A stretch of DNA of 64,000 nucleotides from an uncultured Acidobacteriota bacterium (GTDB taxonomy: Bacteria; Acidobacteriota; Thermoanaerobaculia; UBA5066; Gp7-AA6). Under the pieces are notes generated by a model. That model saw nothing but the letters and a program-made list of their open reading frames with translations, did no database searches and was not told where the DNA came from. The position numbers and the translations under genes were made by a program. Positions 1-9,407 of the stretch are shown piece after piece (within the stretch, counting starts at the first letter, position 1; each line of letters starts with the position of its first letter). The stretch lies in the NCBI GenBank assembly GCA_963764715.1, contig CAVXTP010000022.1:224001-288000 (forward strand). Reading direction: 5' to 3'.

Positions 1-588
1 GGTCCCGGCGTAGGGTCCGAGCTCAGCCTGCCAGCGCTTTTCGCCCTCGTTCAGCTTCGCCTCGAACGCGGCGAGGTTCGCGGCGTACTCGGCGGCGCCC
101 GGGGGATCGAGCTTCGTCAGGCGGTCGGCGATCGAGTGCGCGATGACCCGGCCGTTGTCGGGGTCCAGCCAGTAGTGGGGATTGCCGAACGGGTGGACGT
201 CGCCCATGGCGCGGGTCACCGTTCCGGTCGGCCGTTCGAGGATGTCGCAGCCCGACGAGACGTCGAGGTACCCCGACGCCCCCGGCCGGATCTTGTCGTT
301 CCGGCTCTGGTCGATCAAGGGCGGCAGGTAGCCGATCTCGAGCTCGAGGCCCGCCACGATCAGGAGGTCCGCGCGCGAGAGCTTGAGGACGAAGGACGGC
401 TTGGGCTCCACGAAGTGCGGGTCCTGGTACCCCTTCGCCAGCGCGAAGGTCTCGACGCGCTTGCCGCCGACGGCGTCGGCGATCGAGGCGAAGTCCTGGA
501 GGCTGGTGACGATTCGGACGGCAGCGGAAGCCGACGACGCGGACAGGACGAAGAGCGTGGCGGCGAGGAGAGTCATGATGCGTTTCAT
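1..588 (-). CDS. Metal (Zn/Mn-type, cluster A-I) ABC transporter substrate-binding protein; C-terminus runs off the window edge
   Basis: Manual minus-strand translation from ATG at 588: signal peptide MKRIMTLLAATLFVLS, then DPHFVEPKPS, ADLLIVAGLELE and GDVHPFGNPHYWLDP, typical ZnuA/TroA-family motifs. Not in the ORF track. Confidence 0.9.
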   Translation of the reverse strand, partial: MKRIMTLLAATLFVLSASSASAAVRIVTSLQDFASIADAVGGKRVETFALAKGYQDPHFVEPKPSFVLKLSRADLLIVAGLELEIGYLPPLIDQSRNDKIRPGASGYLDVSSGCDILERPTGTVTRAMGDVHPFGNPHYWLDPDNGRVIAHSIADRLTKLDPPGAAEYAANLAAFEAKLNEGEKRWQAELGPYAGT

Positions 589-595
589 GCGTACC

Positions 596-1744
596 TCAAA
601 AAGGATGGGCGCCGTGGGCGCCGATGGCGAACTGGATCTGCAGGAAGCCTTCGTTGGCCCGGATGCCGGGAGCGTACTCCCGGTACCGGTACTCGGCGCG
701 GAGCATCGAGAACTCGCTCGGCATGAACGTGAACGTCGCGGCGACCCCCTTGTCCCGCTGCGTCGCGTCGGTGGCGTGGTCCGAGAACTCGTACCGCGCT
801 CCCGTGTACCAGCGGCGGCCGAGCTGGTAGTCGCCGCCGACGAAGAAGCCCTGCGCGTTCTGCTTGCCGTCGGGCTGCTCGCGCTGGCTCCAGAAGTACT
901 CGCTGCGCAGGATGAACGAGCGGTACGGCTTTCCCTGGAGCGGCTTCCACCGGTAGACGAGATGGACGTTCTGGAGGCTCGTCGTGTTCGTCAGCGACGT
1001 GCCGTTGTGGCCGTACGCGTACGAGAAGCCCATCTCGAGGTTGTGGTCGTCGCCGAAGTCACGGTAGGCGCGGTACTGGCCGTTGTACGAGAGGTCGCCC
1101 TTGGAGGGCGCCGCGAAGAGAGGCTCGGAGCTGCCGTCGACGACCTGGAAGTAGGCCTCCGAGTAGGTGTCCCCTGGAAGCTCGATGACCTTGGAGAGCG
1201 AGATGCCCTCGCCCTCCCAGGTGTCCGGGGAGAGCAGGAGATCGTCGAACGGCAGGGGCTCGTCCACCCACGGCAGGACGTGAAGGTGCATCGTGTTGAC
1301 CTTGCCGAACTGCATCTTGAACTTCCCGGCCTTCGCCTGCATCTGCCAGGGCAGCGACAGGAACGTGACGTAGCCCTCCTCGATGTCGACGCCGTCGTTG
1401 TTGAACGAGAGGAACAGGTCGGCGCGGGCGTACGGATCGACGACCGCCTGGAAAGAGATCTCCGACTCCTCGACCTGGAACGCGGGGGAGGGCTGGACGG
1501 GGTTGTGGCCGACGGACGCGAGGAAGTTTCCGATGACGGCGATCGCCGGATTGAAGAACGTCGGGTTGACGGCGGGGGCCGCCGCCGGAGCGGGCGGGGG
1601 AGGCGGGGGCTCGGGCGCCGGCGTCGGTTCGGGGGCGGGCGCGGCGGGAACGGGCGTCGGTGTCGGCGACGGCGTGTCCTGCGCCCGGGCGCTCAGCGCG
1701 GCGCAGAGCGCCGCGGCGAAAACCAGAGTTGTTCGGACTTTCAA
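596..1744 (-). CDS. Outer-membrane beta-barrel porin-like protein associated with a metal ABC transporter
   Basis: TTG start with SD GGAGGAG; signal peptide, Pro-rich linker, amphipathic beta-strands, C-terminal GAHGAHPF; directly upstream of the binding protein. Confidence 0.8.
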   Translation of the reverse strand: MKVRTTLVFAAALCAALSARAQDTPSPTPTPVPAAPAPEPTPAPEPPPPPPAPAAAPAVNPTFFNPAIAVIGNFLASVGHNPVQPSPAFQVEESEISFQAVVDPYARADLFLSFNNDGVDIEEGYVTFLSLPWQMQAKAGKFKMQFGKVNTMHLHVLPWVDEPLPFDDLLLSPDTWEGEGISLSKVIELPGDTYSEAYFQVVDGSSEPLFAAPSKGDLSYNGQYRAYRDFGDDHNLEMGFSYAYGHNGTSLTNTTSLQNVHLVYRWKPLQGKPYRSFILRSEYFWSQREQPDGKQNAQGFFVGGDYQLGRRWYTGARYEFSDHATDATQRDKGVAATFTFMPSEFSMLRAEYRYREYAPGIRANEGFLQIQFAIGAHGAHPF

Positions 1745-1746
1745 AA

Positions 1747-1820
1747 TCTCCTCCCGGCTTCGACTCGGAGCGGGCCGCGGAATGCGGCCGCGCGTCTTAC
1801 GAGCGGCCGGAAGGAGGAGA
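1747..1820 (-). promoter_or_regulatory. Predicted SD-sequestering stem-loop (translational attenuator) for the porin gene
   Basis: Plus-strand 1747-1758 TCTCCTC/CCGGC is complementary to 1806-1810 GCCGG and 1814-1820 GAGGAGA. On the mRNA the RSPP-coding anti-SD pairs with the porin SD. An inner GGCCGC/GCGGCC hairpin lies at about 1773-1789. Confidence 0.7.
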
Positions 1821-2132
1821 GCGGCCCGGGAGGTCGAGGGCCGCGCGGCGGGAGAGGGCGCCGGTTTCGAGAGCGAAAGCGACGCGGGCGTCGGACGAAT
1901 CCACGGCGAGCGGATCGGGGGCCGGCGTCAGCAGCGCGGCCGCGTGCGTCAGGCAGGCGGGGCAGGCGTGGGGAGCGTCCTCCGGGTGGGCGCTCGAGAG
2001 GCCGCGGTGGGAGGCGAACCCGTCGGCGCCGATCGGCTCCGGGTGCAGGCCGAAGGCGGCGAGCAGCGCCAGCGCCGCGGCCGCCACCAGGACGGCCCGA
2101 ACCCCGGGCGCGGCTCTCATCCGACGCAGCAT
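1797..2132 (-). CDS. DUF2946/CruR/CutF-like exported leader peptide (CxxC plus RxPP arrest-like motif)
   Basis: C-terminal part of ORF 1797..3659: hydrophobic N-terminus VLVAAAALALLAAFGL, HPEDAPHACPACLTH, ends LPGRSPPSGRS*. Alternative ATG at 2120. TAGAAT -10 on the minus strand at 2161-2166. Confidence 0.8.
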   Translation of the reverse strand: MLRRMRAAPGVRAVLVAAAALALLAAFGLHPEPIGADGFASHRGLSSAHPEDAPHACPACLTHAAALLTPAPDPLAVDSSDARVAFALETGALSRRAALDLPGRSPPSGRS

Positions 2133-2158
2133 TTCAGGCTCCCCAAGCAGGCGCCCGC

Positions 2159-2200
2159 GCATTCTATTCCGCGGAGGCCTCCGGGCGCTGCGTAGAATGC
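2159..2200. promoter_or_regulatory. Back-to-back sigma70-type -10 elements with a central palindrome
   Basis: GCATTCTA (2159-2166) and TAGAATGC (2193-2200) form an inverted pair, giving TAGAAT on each strand. Perfect 12-bp palindrome CGGAGGCCTCCG at 2172-2183. Confidence 0.55.
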
Positions 2201-2204
2201 CGTC

Positions 2205-2867
2205 GTGACCACCGGTCCCCACGCCCTCGCGGCCCCCGGGCACGCGGCCCCGGCGGCCTCCGAGGCCCTGCGCCGGCGCATGCACTGGCTGCTCGGCCTG
2301 ACCTTCGTGCACGTCTTCGGCGAGGGCGGCCTCGCCCTCTTCGAGGCGGCCCGGACGGGCAGCCTCGCCCTGCTCGCTTTCGGCCTCGAGAGCGTCATCG
2401 AGGGGGGCGCGGCGCTCCTGGCCGTGAGGCACCTGCGCCACCTCGCCGACGAGGAGGAGGACCACGCGAGGCGCGACCAGATGCTCGCCCGCTGGATCGG
2501 CGTGTCGTTCCTCCTGCTCGCGACCTACACGCTGGGGCGGGGGACCTACGAGCTCATCGCGGGCAATCGCGTCGAACCGAGCGTGCTCGGCCTTCTGCTC
2601 ACGATCTTCGCCACGTTCGGCATGCCCGTCGTCGGGTACTTCAAGTGGAAGACGAGCCGGAGCCTTGGCAGCAAGGGACTGGCGGCCGAGGCCAAGGAGT
2701 CGATCGCCTGCTCGATCGACTCGGGGCTCACGATGCTGGCGATGGTCGCCGGTCTGCTGGCGTTGCCGCACTGGATCGACCCCGCCCTCTCGCTCCTGAT
2801 GGTGCCGTGGTTCCTGCGGGAAGGCCTCGCCCACGTGCGCGGCCGCGTCCACGCGCACGTCCACTGA
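2205..2867 (+). CDS. Cation diffusion facilitator (CDF) family transporter, TM domain only
   Basis: 5-6 TM helices; SLALLAFGLESVIE, LAAEAKESIAC and WIDP motifs; His-rich tail HVRGRVHAHVH; no C-terminal cytoplasmic domain. Confidence 0.75.
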   Translation: MTTGPHALAAPGHAAPAASEALRRRMHWLLGLTFVHVFGEGGLALFEAARTGSLALLAFGLESVIEGGAALLAVRHLRHLADEEEDHARRDQMLARWIGVSFLLLATYTLGRGTYELIAGNRVEPSVLGLLLTIFATFGMPVVGYFKWKTSRSLGSKGLAAEAKESIACSIDSGLTMLAMVAGLLALPHWIDPALSLLMVPWFLREGLAHVRGRVHAHVH

Positions 2868-2975
2868 GACGAGGCTCCGCCGCGGGAGGGCGGGCGGGGC
2901 TCCGTTGTAGAATGGGCGCCGCCTGAATCCCCGGACAGGGTCAGCGCATATATCGTGTCGAAGGAGCATTTGCCG

Positions 2976-3305
2976 ATGTCGAATCCCAACGTTTCCCAGG
3001 TCTCCGACGCGAGCTTCGACGGGGACATTCTCAAGAGCCAGGTGCCCGTGCTGGTCGATTTCTGGGCGCCCTGGTGCGGACCCTGTCGCTCCGTCGCACC
3101 GATCGTGGACGACCTGGCGACGCAGTACGCGGGCAAGATCAAGGTCGCGAAGATCAACGTCGACGAGTCGACCGAGGTCGCCATGCGCTACCAGATCACC
3201 TCCATCCCCACCTTCATCCTCTTCAAGAACGGCCAGGTGGCGGACCGGGCCCTCGGCGCGCTGCCGAGGAGCGAGTTCGTCAAGCTCATCGACCGCAACC
3301 TCTGA
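2976..3305 (+). CDS. trxA: Thioredoxin
   Basis: VLVDFWAPWCGPC, SIPT; SD AAGGAG at 2961; -10 TAGAAT at 2908. Confidence 0.97.
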   Translation: MSNPNVSQVSDASFDGDILKSQVPVLVDFWAPWCGPCRSVAPIVDDLATQYAGKIKVAKINVDESTEVAMRYQITSIPTFILFKNGQVADRALGALPRSEFVKLIDRNL

Positions 3306-3329
3306 GGCCGGGGCCGTCCCGGCGTTTCG

Positions 3330-3358
3330 AAAAGGGCCCCCGCGGGCCCTTTTTCTTT
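3330..3358 (+). terminator. Intrinsic terminator after trxA
   Basis: AAAAGGGCCC-ccgc-GGGCCCTTTT followed by a T-rich tail. Confidence 0.85.
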
Positions 3359-3443
3359 GGCCCGATGTAAATTCGCGGCGCGCCGGCCTCGGAGGAGGAC
3401 GGTCGGGGAAGAAGGCTCCGGCGGGACCGGTTGGAAGGGGCGC

Positions 3444-4688
3444 ATGAAGAAACCACTGTGGGTGGCCGGCGTCGTGCTCGTGGTCGGCGCGGGCGCCTTT
3501 CTGCTGCTCGGAAGTCGGAAGAAGGCCGAGCCCAAGTACCGCACGGCCAGGGTCGAGCGTGGCAACGTCACGCAGACGGTCGCGGCGACGGGCACCCTGT
3601 CCGCGGTGACGACGGTCAAGGTGGGGAGCGTCGTCTCGGGCAACGTCGCGGCCCTCCACGCCGACTTCAACAAGAAGGTCAAGAAGGGCGACCTCCTCGC
3701 GGAGCTCGACCCGGCGCCGTTCATGGACAGGCTGGCTCAGGTGCGCGCGGCCCTGGAGAAGGCGCAGGTCGACCTCCGCAACTCCGAGATCTCCCTGCGG
3801 CGGCAGAAGGCCCTCTGGGACGAGAAGCTCGCGGCGCAGGCGGACCTCGACCAGGCGCAGGCCAACTTCGACTCGGCCGCCGCCGCCGTCAACCAGGCGA
3901 AGGCGTCGCTCGCCCAGGCCGAGACGGACCTGCGCAACAGCCGGATCACGGCCCCGATCGACGGCGTCGTCGTCGACCGCCAGTACGACGTGGGCCAGCC
4001 GGTGGCGGCGTCCTTCACCGCCCCCACGATCTTCACGATCGCGCAGGACCTCACGAAGATGCAGGTCTCGGCCGACGTCTCGGAGTCCGACATCGGTATG
4101 TGCAAGGTCGGCCAGCCGGTCCGGTTCACCGTCGACGCCTACCCCGACGAGACCTTTCGCGGGAAGATCGCGCAGATCCGGTTGAACGCGACCGTGAACC
4201 AGAACGTCGTGACTTATCCCGTGATCATCGAGGTCGACAATCCCGATCTCGCCCTCCGGCCGAGCATGACGGCGAACGTGTCGATCGACGTCGCCACGGT
4301 ACGCGACGTGCTGCGCGTTCCGAACGCCGCCCTGCGCTTCAAGCCGGAAGAGTCGGCGGCCTCTCCGGCCGCGGCGGCGGGCGGCGCCTCGGTCGAGGAG
4401 CGCGCGGCGCGCGGGACCGGAAGCGGGCCGGCCGGTGCGGCGCGCCAGTTCGACCGGTCCGGGGCCGGCGGCAAGCCGAAGCGGCCGGGGCAGACGGTCT
4501 ACACGCAGGGGCCCGGGGACAACGGCGCCCTGAAGCCGGTCGAGATTCGCGGGGGAATCACCGACGGGCGCTACACGCAGGTGGTCTCGGGAGATCTGAA
4601 GGAGGGGGACACCGTCGTCGTCGGTCTCGTGACGGCGAAGGTCGATTCCGCGGCGGGACGCAGCCCCGTGGGCGGCCGGAGATTCTGA
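3444..4688 (+). CDS. MacA-type periplasmic adaptor (membrane fusion protein)
   Basis: N-terminal TM anchor, [49 protein letters not shown]. Confidence 0.92.
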   Translation: MKKPLWVAGVVLVVGAGAFLLLGSRKKAEPKYRTARVERGNVTQTVAATGTLSAVTTVKVGSVVSGNVAALHADFNKKVKKGDLLAELDPAPFMDRLAQVRAALEKAQVDLRNSEISLRRQKALWDEKLAAQADLDQAQANFDSAAAAVNQAKASLAQAETDLRNSRITAPIDGVVVDRQYDVGQPVAASFTAPTIFTIAQDLTKMQVSADVSESDIGMCKVGQPVRFTVDAYPDETFRGKIAQIRLNATVNQNVVTYPVIIEVDNPDLALRPSMTANVSIDVATVRDVLRVPNAALRFKPEESAASPAAAAGGASVEERAARGTGSGPAGAARQFDRSGAGGKPKRPGQTVYTQGPGDNGALKPVEIRGGITDGRYTQVVSGDLKEGDTVVVGLVTAKVDSAAGRSPVGGRRF

Positions 4689-4690
4689 CG

Positions 4691-5416
<726 letters not shown>

Positions 5417-5423
5417 GGGGGCC

Positions 5424-6641
5424 ATGCTGAAGTTCCTGACGATCCTGAAGGTCGGGCTCAAGGCGATCGCCCGCAACAAGATGCGCTCGATCCTGACGGC
5501 GCTCGGGATCATCATCGGCGTCGCCTGCGTGATCGCGATGATCGCCGTCGGCCAGGGCTCGCAGGAGGCGATCCAGGCCCAGATCTCTTCGCTCGGGACG
5601 AACTTCCTCATGATTTTTCCCGGAGTCGCCACGCAGTCGGGAGCGCGGATCTTCACCGGCCAGTCGACGATCACCGAGGAGGACGTCGAGGCCGTGCGGG
5701 CCGAGTGTCCCGCGGTCGCCTACGTGACGCCGATGTCGCGGTCGGCCGCCCAGATCGTGTCGGGCAGCATGAACTGGGGCACGAGCGTCCAGGGCGTGGG
5801 CGTCGAGTGGCCCTTCGTGCGTTCCTGGAACGTCGAGCGCGGCGTCTTCTTCGGCGAATCCGACGTGCGGGCCGCGGCCAAGGTCTGCGTCCTCGGATCG
5901 ACCGTCGCCAACGCCCTCTTCGAGGGCCAGGACCCGGTCGGACAGACCGTGCGGATCAAGAACTTTCCGTTCCGCGTGATCGGCGTGCTCGAGACCAAGG
6001 GCGGCAACTCCATGGGCCAGGACCAGGACGACGTGGCGATCGCCCCGTACACGACCGTGATGCGCCTGCTCAAGAAGACGCAGAAGATCGACATGTTCAT
6101 GGCGTCGGCCGTGTCCCGGTCGGCGGTCGAGGAGGCGCAGAAGCAGATCGAGGCGCTCCTGCGCCAGCGCCACCGGCTGGGGCCGGGCCAGGACTCCGAC
6201 TTCATGATCCGCTCGCAGCAGGAGATCGCCCAGACGGCGGACCAGACGTCCAAGACCCTTTCGGTGCTGCTCGCGTCGGCGGCTTCGATCTCGCTTCTCG
6301 TCGGCGGGATCGGGATCATGAACATCATGCTGGTCTCGGTCACGGAGCGGACGCGCGAGATCGGGATCCGCATGGCGATCGGGGCCAAGGGCCGGGACGT
6401 CCTCACCCAGTTTCTGATCGAGGCCCTGACCCTTTCGATCGCGGGCGGCGCCATCGGCGTCACCCTCGGCATCGCCGCCTCCCGGATCCTCGCCTGGAAG
6501 GCCGGCTGGCCGATCCACCTCGACGGCCGCGCCATCGCGCTCGCTTTCGGCTTCTCCGCCGCGATCGGGGTTTTTTTCGGTTTCTATCCAGCCCGAAAGG
6601 CATCGAGGCTGGATCCGATCGAGGCGTTGAGGTACGAGTAA
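5424..6641 (+). CDS. MacB/FtsX-type ABC permease
   Basis: [58 protein letters not shown]. Confidence 0.95.
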   Translation: MLKFLTILKVGLKAIARNKMRSILTALGIIIGVACVIAMIAVGQGSQEAIQAQISSLGTNFLMIFPGVATQSGARIFTGQSTITEEDVEAVRAECPAVAYVTPMSRSAAQIVSGSMNWGTSVQGVGVEWPFVRSWNVERGVFFGESDVRAAAKVCVLGSTVANALFEGQDPVGQTVRIKNFPFRVIGVLETKGGNSMGQDQDDVAIAPYTTVMRLLKKTQKIDMFMASAVSRSAVEEAQKQIEALLRQRHRLGPGQDSDFMIRSQQEIAQTADQTSKTLSVLLASAASISLLVGGIGIMNIMLVSVTERTREIGIRMAIGAKGRDVLTQFLIEALTLSIAGGAIGVTLGIAASRILAWKAGWPIHLDGRAIALAFGFSAAIGVFFGFYPARKASRLDPIEALRYE

Positions 6642-6724
6642 GCAGCAGGCGGGAGGCAGTCGGCAGGAGGCAGGGATCGCCGTCTCCTCGACCTGCCTCC
6701 TGCATCCCGCCGCCTGCCTCCTGA
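6640..6724. repeat. Inverted array of tandem heptamers (AGGCAGG-type) forming a long hairpin
   Basis: AGGCGGG AGGCAGT CGGCAGG AGGCAGG (6647-6674), 17-nt spacer, CCTGCCT CCTGCAT CCCGCCG CCTGCCT (6692-6719). Confidence 0.85.
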
Positions 6725-6748
6725 TCCGACCGGCGCTACAATTCCTCA

Positions 6749-9406
6749 GTGAAACCGCTTCCCTTCGAGCGCCTCTGGCGGCGCTTCGATCCGCGAACGA
6801 GCCTCGCGGCCCGGCTCCTGCTGGGCTCCTTCGTCGCCTTCCTCCTGCCGGCCGTCGTGTACGTCTTTCTGGTTCAGCGGCGGCTCTCGGCGCTCCAGAC
6901 GGCGTCGGCCGAGCAGGTGGCGGCCGTGCGGGTCACGGAGGCCTCGATCCGGATGGCGCAGGATGCGATCTTCCGGGCCGAGTGGATCGAGCGGCGGACC
7001 GAGGTGGCCGAGGAGGCGGCCTGGGCGATCGCGGCGGCGGCCGGCGAGGCCCTGCAGGCGACGGAGGCCCCGGGCGCGGGGAGCACGGCGCCCGACGCGC
7101 ACGGGCACGTCTGGACCGCCGTCCCGGAAGAAGGTTCGGTGGCCATCATCTCCTCGCGCCGTCCGGACGAGGCCGCGGCCCGCGGGGACCTCGCCCGGAC
7201 CCGCACCCTCGCTCCGCTGATGGCTCAGCTCCGGCGACGCCGCCCGTCGTTTCGCTCCGTGGGCCTCTGGACCGCCTCCGGCGTGGCTCGCCTCTCTCCG
7301 TGGATCGACTTCCACAAGGCCAACCAGGAGTCCGGGGGCGAGCTCGAGCGGTTTCTCTTCAACCGCGTGGCCCGGTTTCCGGAGGCGCCGCCGGCGGGCG
7401 GCGAGAAGGCGGTCTGGACGGAGGCGCACGCGGGGCCGTCGACGGGCCCGGCCGATCCGAGGTTCCCGACCCTCTTCGTGCCCGTCCGGGACGGGGCCGG
7501 CAAGCTGCTGGCGGGGGTCGCGATCGAGGTCGACGCGCGCCGGTACGTGAGCGAGGCGATGGAGACCTGGCAGGCGCCGGGGGACTTCTGGTTCTCGACC
7601 GATTCCGACGGGCACGTCGTCTCCATGACGCCGCGCGCCGCAGCCGTTCTCGGCTGGAACGGCGCGAGCGGCGCCCCGCTCGCCTCGGCGCCGGCGCCCG
7701 AGTTGAAGGACCTCGCGGCCCGGGGCCGGTCGGCGACGCGCTCGAGCGAGGAGTACCTGATCGACGGCAAGCGGGTCCGGATCGCCTCGGCGAGGCTCGG
7801 CTCGACCGGCTGGATCTTCTACGAGGGCCTGTCGCGCGAGGCCCTCGACACCATCCGGGGCGAAGCGGCGGCCGCGTTCTCGCCCTCCTCGCTCTCGACC
7901 CTTCGCCGCGACGTGCTGATGCTCTTCGTCCTCCTTCTGCCGGCGGCCCTCGTCGTCATCGGCATCGTGTCGCGCCGGGTTTCCGCTCCCGTCTCGCAGC
8001 TCGTCGGCGCGGCCGAGGAGATCGGCCGCGGGCGGACGGTGGAGGTCGGCGGCGGGGACCAGTCGGACGAGCTCGGCCGGCTCGCCGCCGCGATCGACAC
8101 GATGGGCCGCCGCGTCGCGCGTCGGGTCGAGACGCTGCGCCGGCTCCACCAGTTCTCGCGGTCGGCGTACCGCATGACCGACGTTCAAGAGGTCCTGGCC
8201 CGCTCGGCGCAGGCGATCGCGGCCTTCACCAACGCCGAGCGGGTCTGGTTCTACCTCTACGACCGGAACACCCATCGGCTCGAGGCGGCCGTGCCGGCCT
8301 TCAACCTCACCGAGGAAATCGCCTCCCGGCTCAAGGTCTCCGTCGACGCCCGCTCGATCGAGGGAATGGTCTTTCGGACCGGCGAGCCGTACTGCAGCCA
8401 CGACGTGGCGCGGGACCCGTACGCGAGCCAGGAGCTGGGCCGGCTCGTCGGAGCGTCCAACGGCGTCTACGCGCCGCTCAAGACGGAGGAGGAGACGCTC
8501 GGGGTCGCCGTCGCGATCAATCGCTCCGAGGGTTTCGGACAGGAGGAGATCGACGCGGTGACCTCGTTCGCGGACCTCGCGTCGCTGCTCCTGCGCAACG
8601 CCCGGCTCTACACGACGCTGGCCGGCACGGTCGACGAGCTCCGGCGGGCGAGCCGGCTCAAGGACCACTTCCTCCAGAACGTGAACCACGAGCTGCGCAC
8701 GCCCCTGACCGCGATCGTCGGGTGGACGGACCTCTTCGAGGAGCAGGAGGTCGACGACGCGACCCGCCGGCGGGGGATGCGGCAGATCCGCCAGTCGTCG
8801 CGCGTGCTCCTCGCCCTGATCGACGACCTGCTCGACCTCGCCCGCCTCGACCGCGGCGCGCTGACGCTCGACCTGAAGCCCGTCTTCCTCTCGGAGGTCG
8901 TGCAGCGCTCGATCGAGACCGTGCGGCTCATGGCCGAGGCGCGCGGCGTCGTGCTGATGGCCGCGCCGATGCCGGAGCCCATGGCCCCGGTGCGCGCCGA
9001 CGCCCTCCGGCTCCAGCAGGTCCTCTGGAACCTGCTCGCCAACGCCATCCACTTCACGCCGGAGCACGGCCGGGTCGTCGTCCGGGTGGAACGGGAGCCC
9101 GAGCGTTTTCTCGTCAGCGTCGAGGACGACGGCATCGGCATCCCCGACAGCGAGCTGCCGCACGTCTTCGAGCGGTTCCGGCAGGTCGACGGCTCGGCGA
9201 CGCGCGGCCACGCGGGGATGGGCATCGGGCTGGCGCTCGCGCGGTCGCTCGTCGAGCTGCACGGGGGGACGATCTGGGCCTCGAGCGTGGTCGGCCAGGG
9301 CAGCCGGTTCACCTTCGCGATCCCGATCCGGGGAGCGGAGCGGCGGGCGACGGACTCGGGTGGGGTGGCCTCGGCGGCGGGGATGCCCCGGGCCGCGGGC
9401 GACTGA
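6749..9406 (+). CDS. Membrane sensor histidine kinase (periplasmic Cache-like sensor, HAMP, GAF, HisKA, HATPase)
   Basis: Two TM segments; DELGRLA (HAMP); GAF region; FLQNVNHELRTPL; NLLANAIHFT; DDGIGI; GMGIGLA. Confidence 0.92.
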   Translation: MKPLPFERLWRRFDPRTSLAARLLLGSFVAFLLPAVVYVFLVQRRLSALQTASAEQVAAVRVTEASIRMAQDAIFRAEWIERRTEVAEEAAWAIAAAAGEALQATEAPGAGSTAPDAHGHVWTAVPEEGSVAIISSRRPDEAAARGDLARTRTLAPLMAQLRRRRPSFRSVGLWTASGVARLSPWIDFHKANQESGGELERFLFNRVARFPEAPPAGGEKAVWTEAHAGPSTGPADPRFPTLFVPVRDGAGKLLAGVAIEVDARRYVSEAMETWQAPGDFWFSTDSDGHVVSMTPRAAAVLGWNGASGAPLASAPAPELKDLAARGRSATRSSEEYLIDGKRVRIASARLGSTGWIFYEGLSREALDTIRGEAAAAFSPSSLSTLRRDVLMLFVLLLPAALVVIGIVSRRVSAPVSQLVGAAEEIGRGRTVEVGGGDQSDELGRLAAAIDTMGRRVARRVETLRRLHQFSRSAYRMTDVQEVLARSAQAIAAFTNAERVWFYLYDRNTHRLEAAVPAFNLTEEIASRLKVSVDARSIEGMVFRTGEPYCSHDVARDPYASQELGRLVGASNGVYAPLKTEEETLGVAVAINRSEGFGQEEIDAVTSFADLASLLLRNARLYTTLAGTVDELRRASRLKDHFLQNVNHELRTPLTAIVGWTDLFEEQEVDDATRRRGMRQIRQSSRVLLALIDDLLDLARLDRGALTLDLKPVFLSEVVQRSIETVRLMAEARGVVLMAAPMPEPMAPVRADALRLQQVLWNLLANAIHFTPEHGRVVVRVEREPERFLVSVEDDGIGIPDSELPHVFERFRQVDGSATRGHAGMGIGLALARSLVELHGGTIWASSVVGQGSRFTFAIPIRGAERRATDSGGVASAAGMPRAAGD

Positions 9407-9407
9407 C

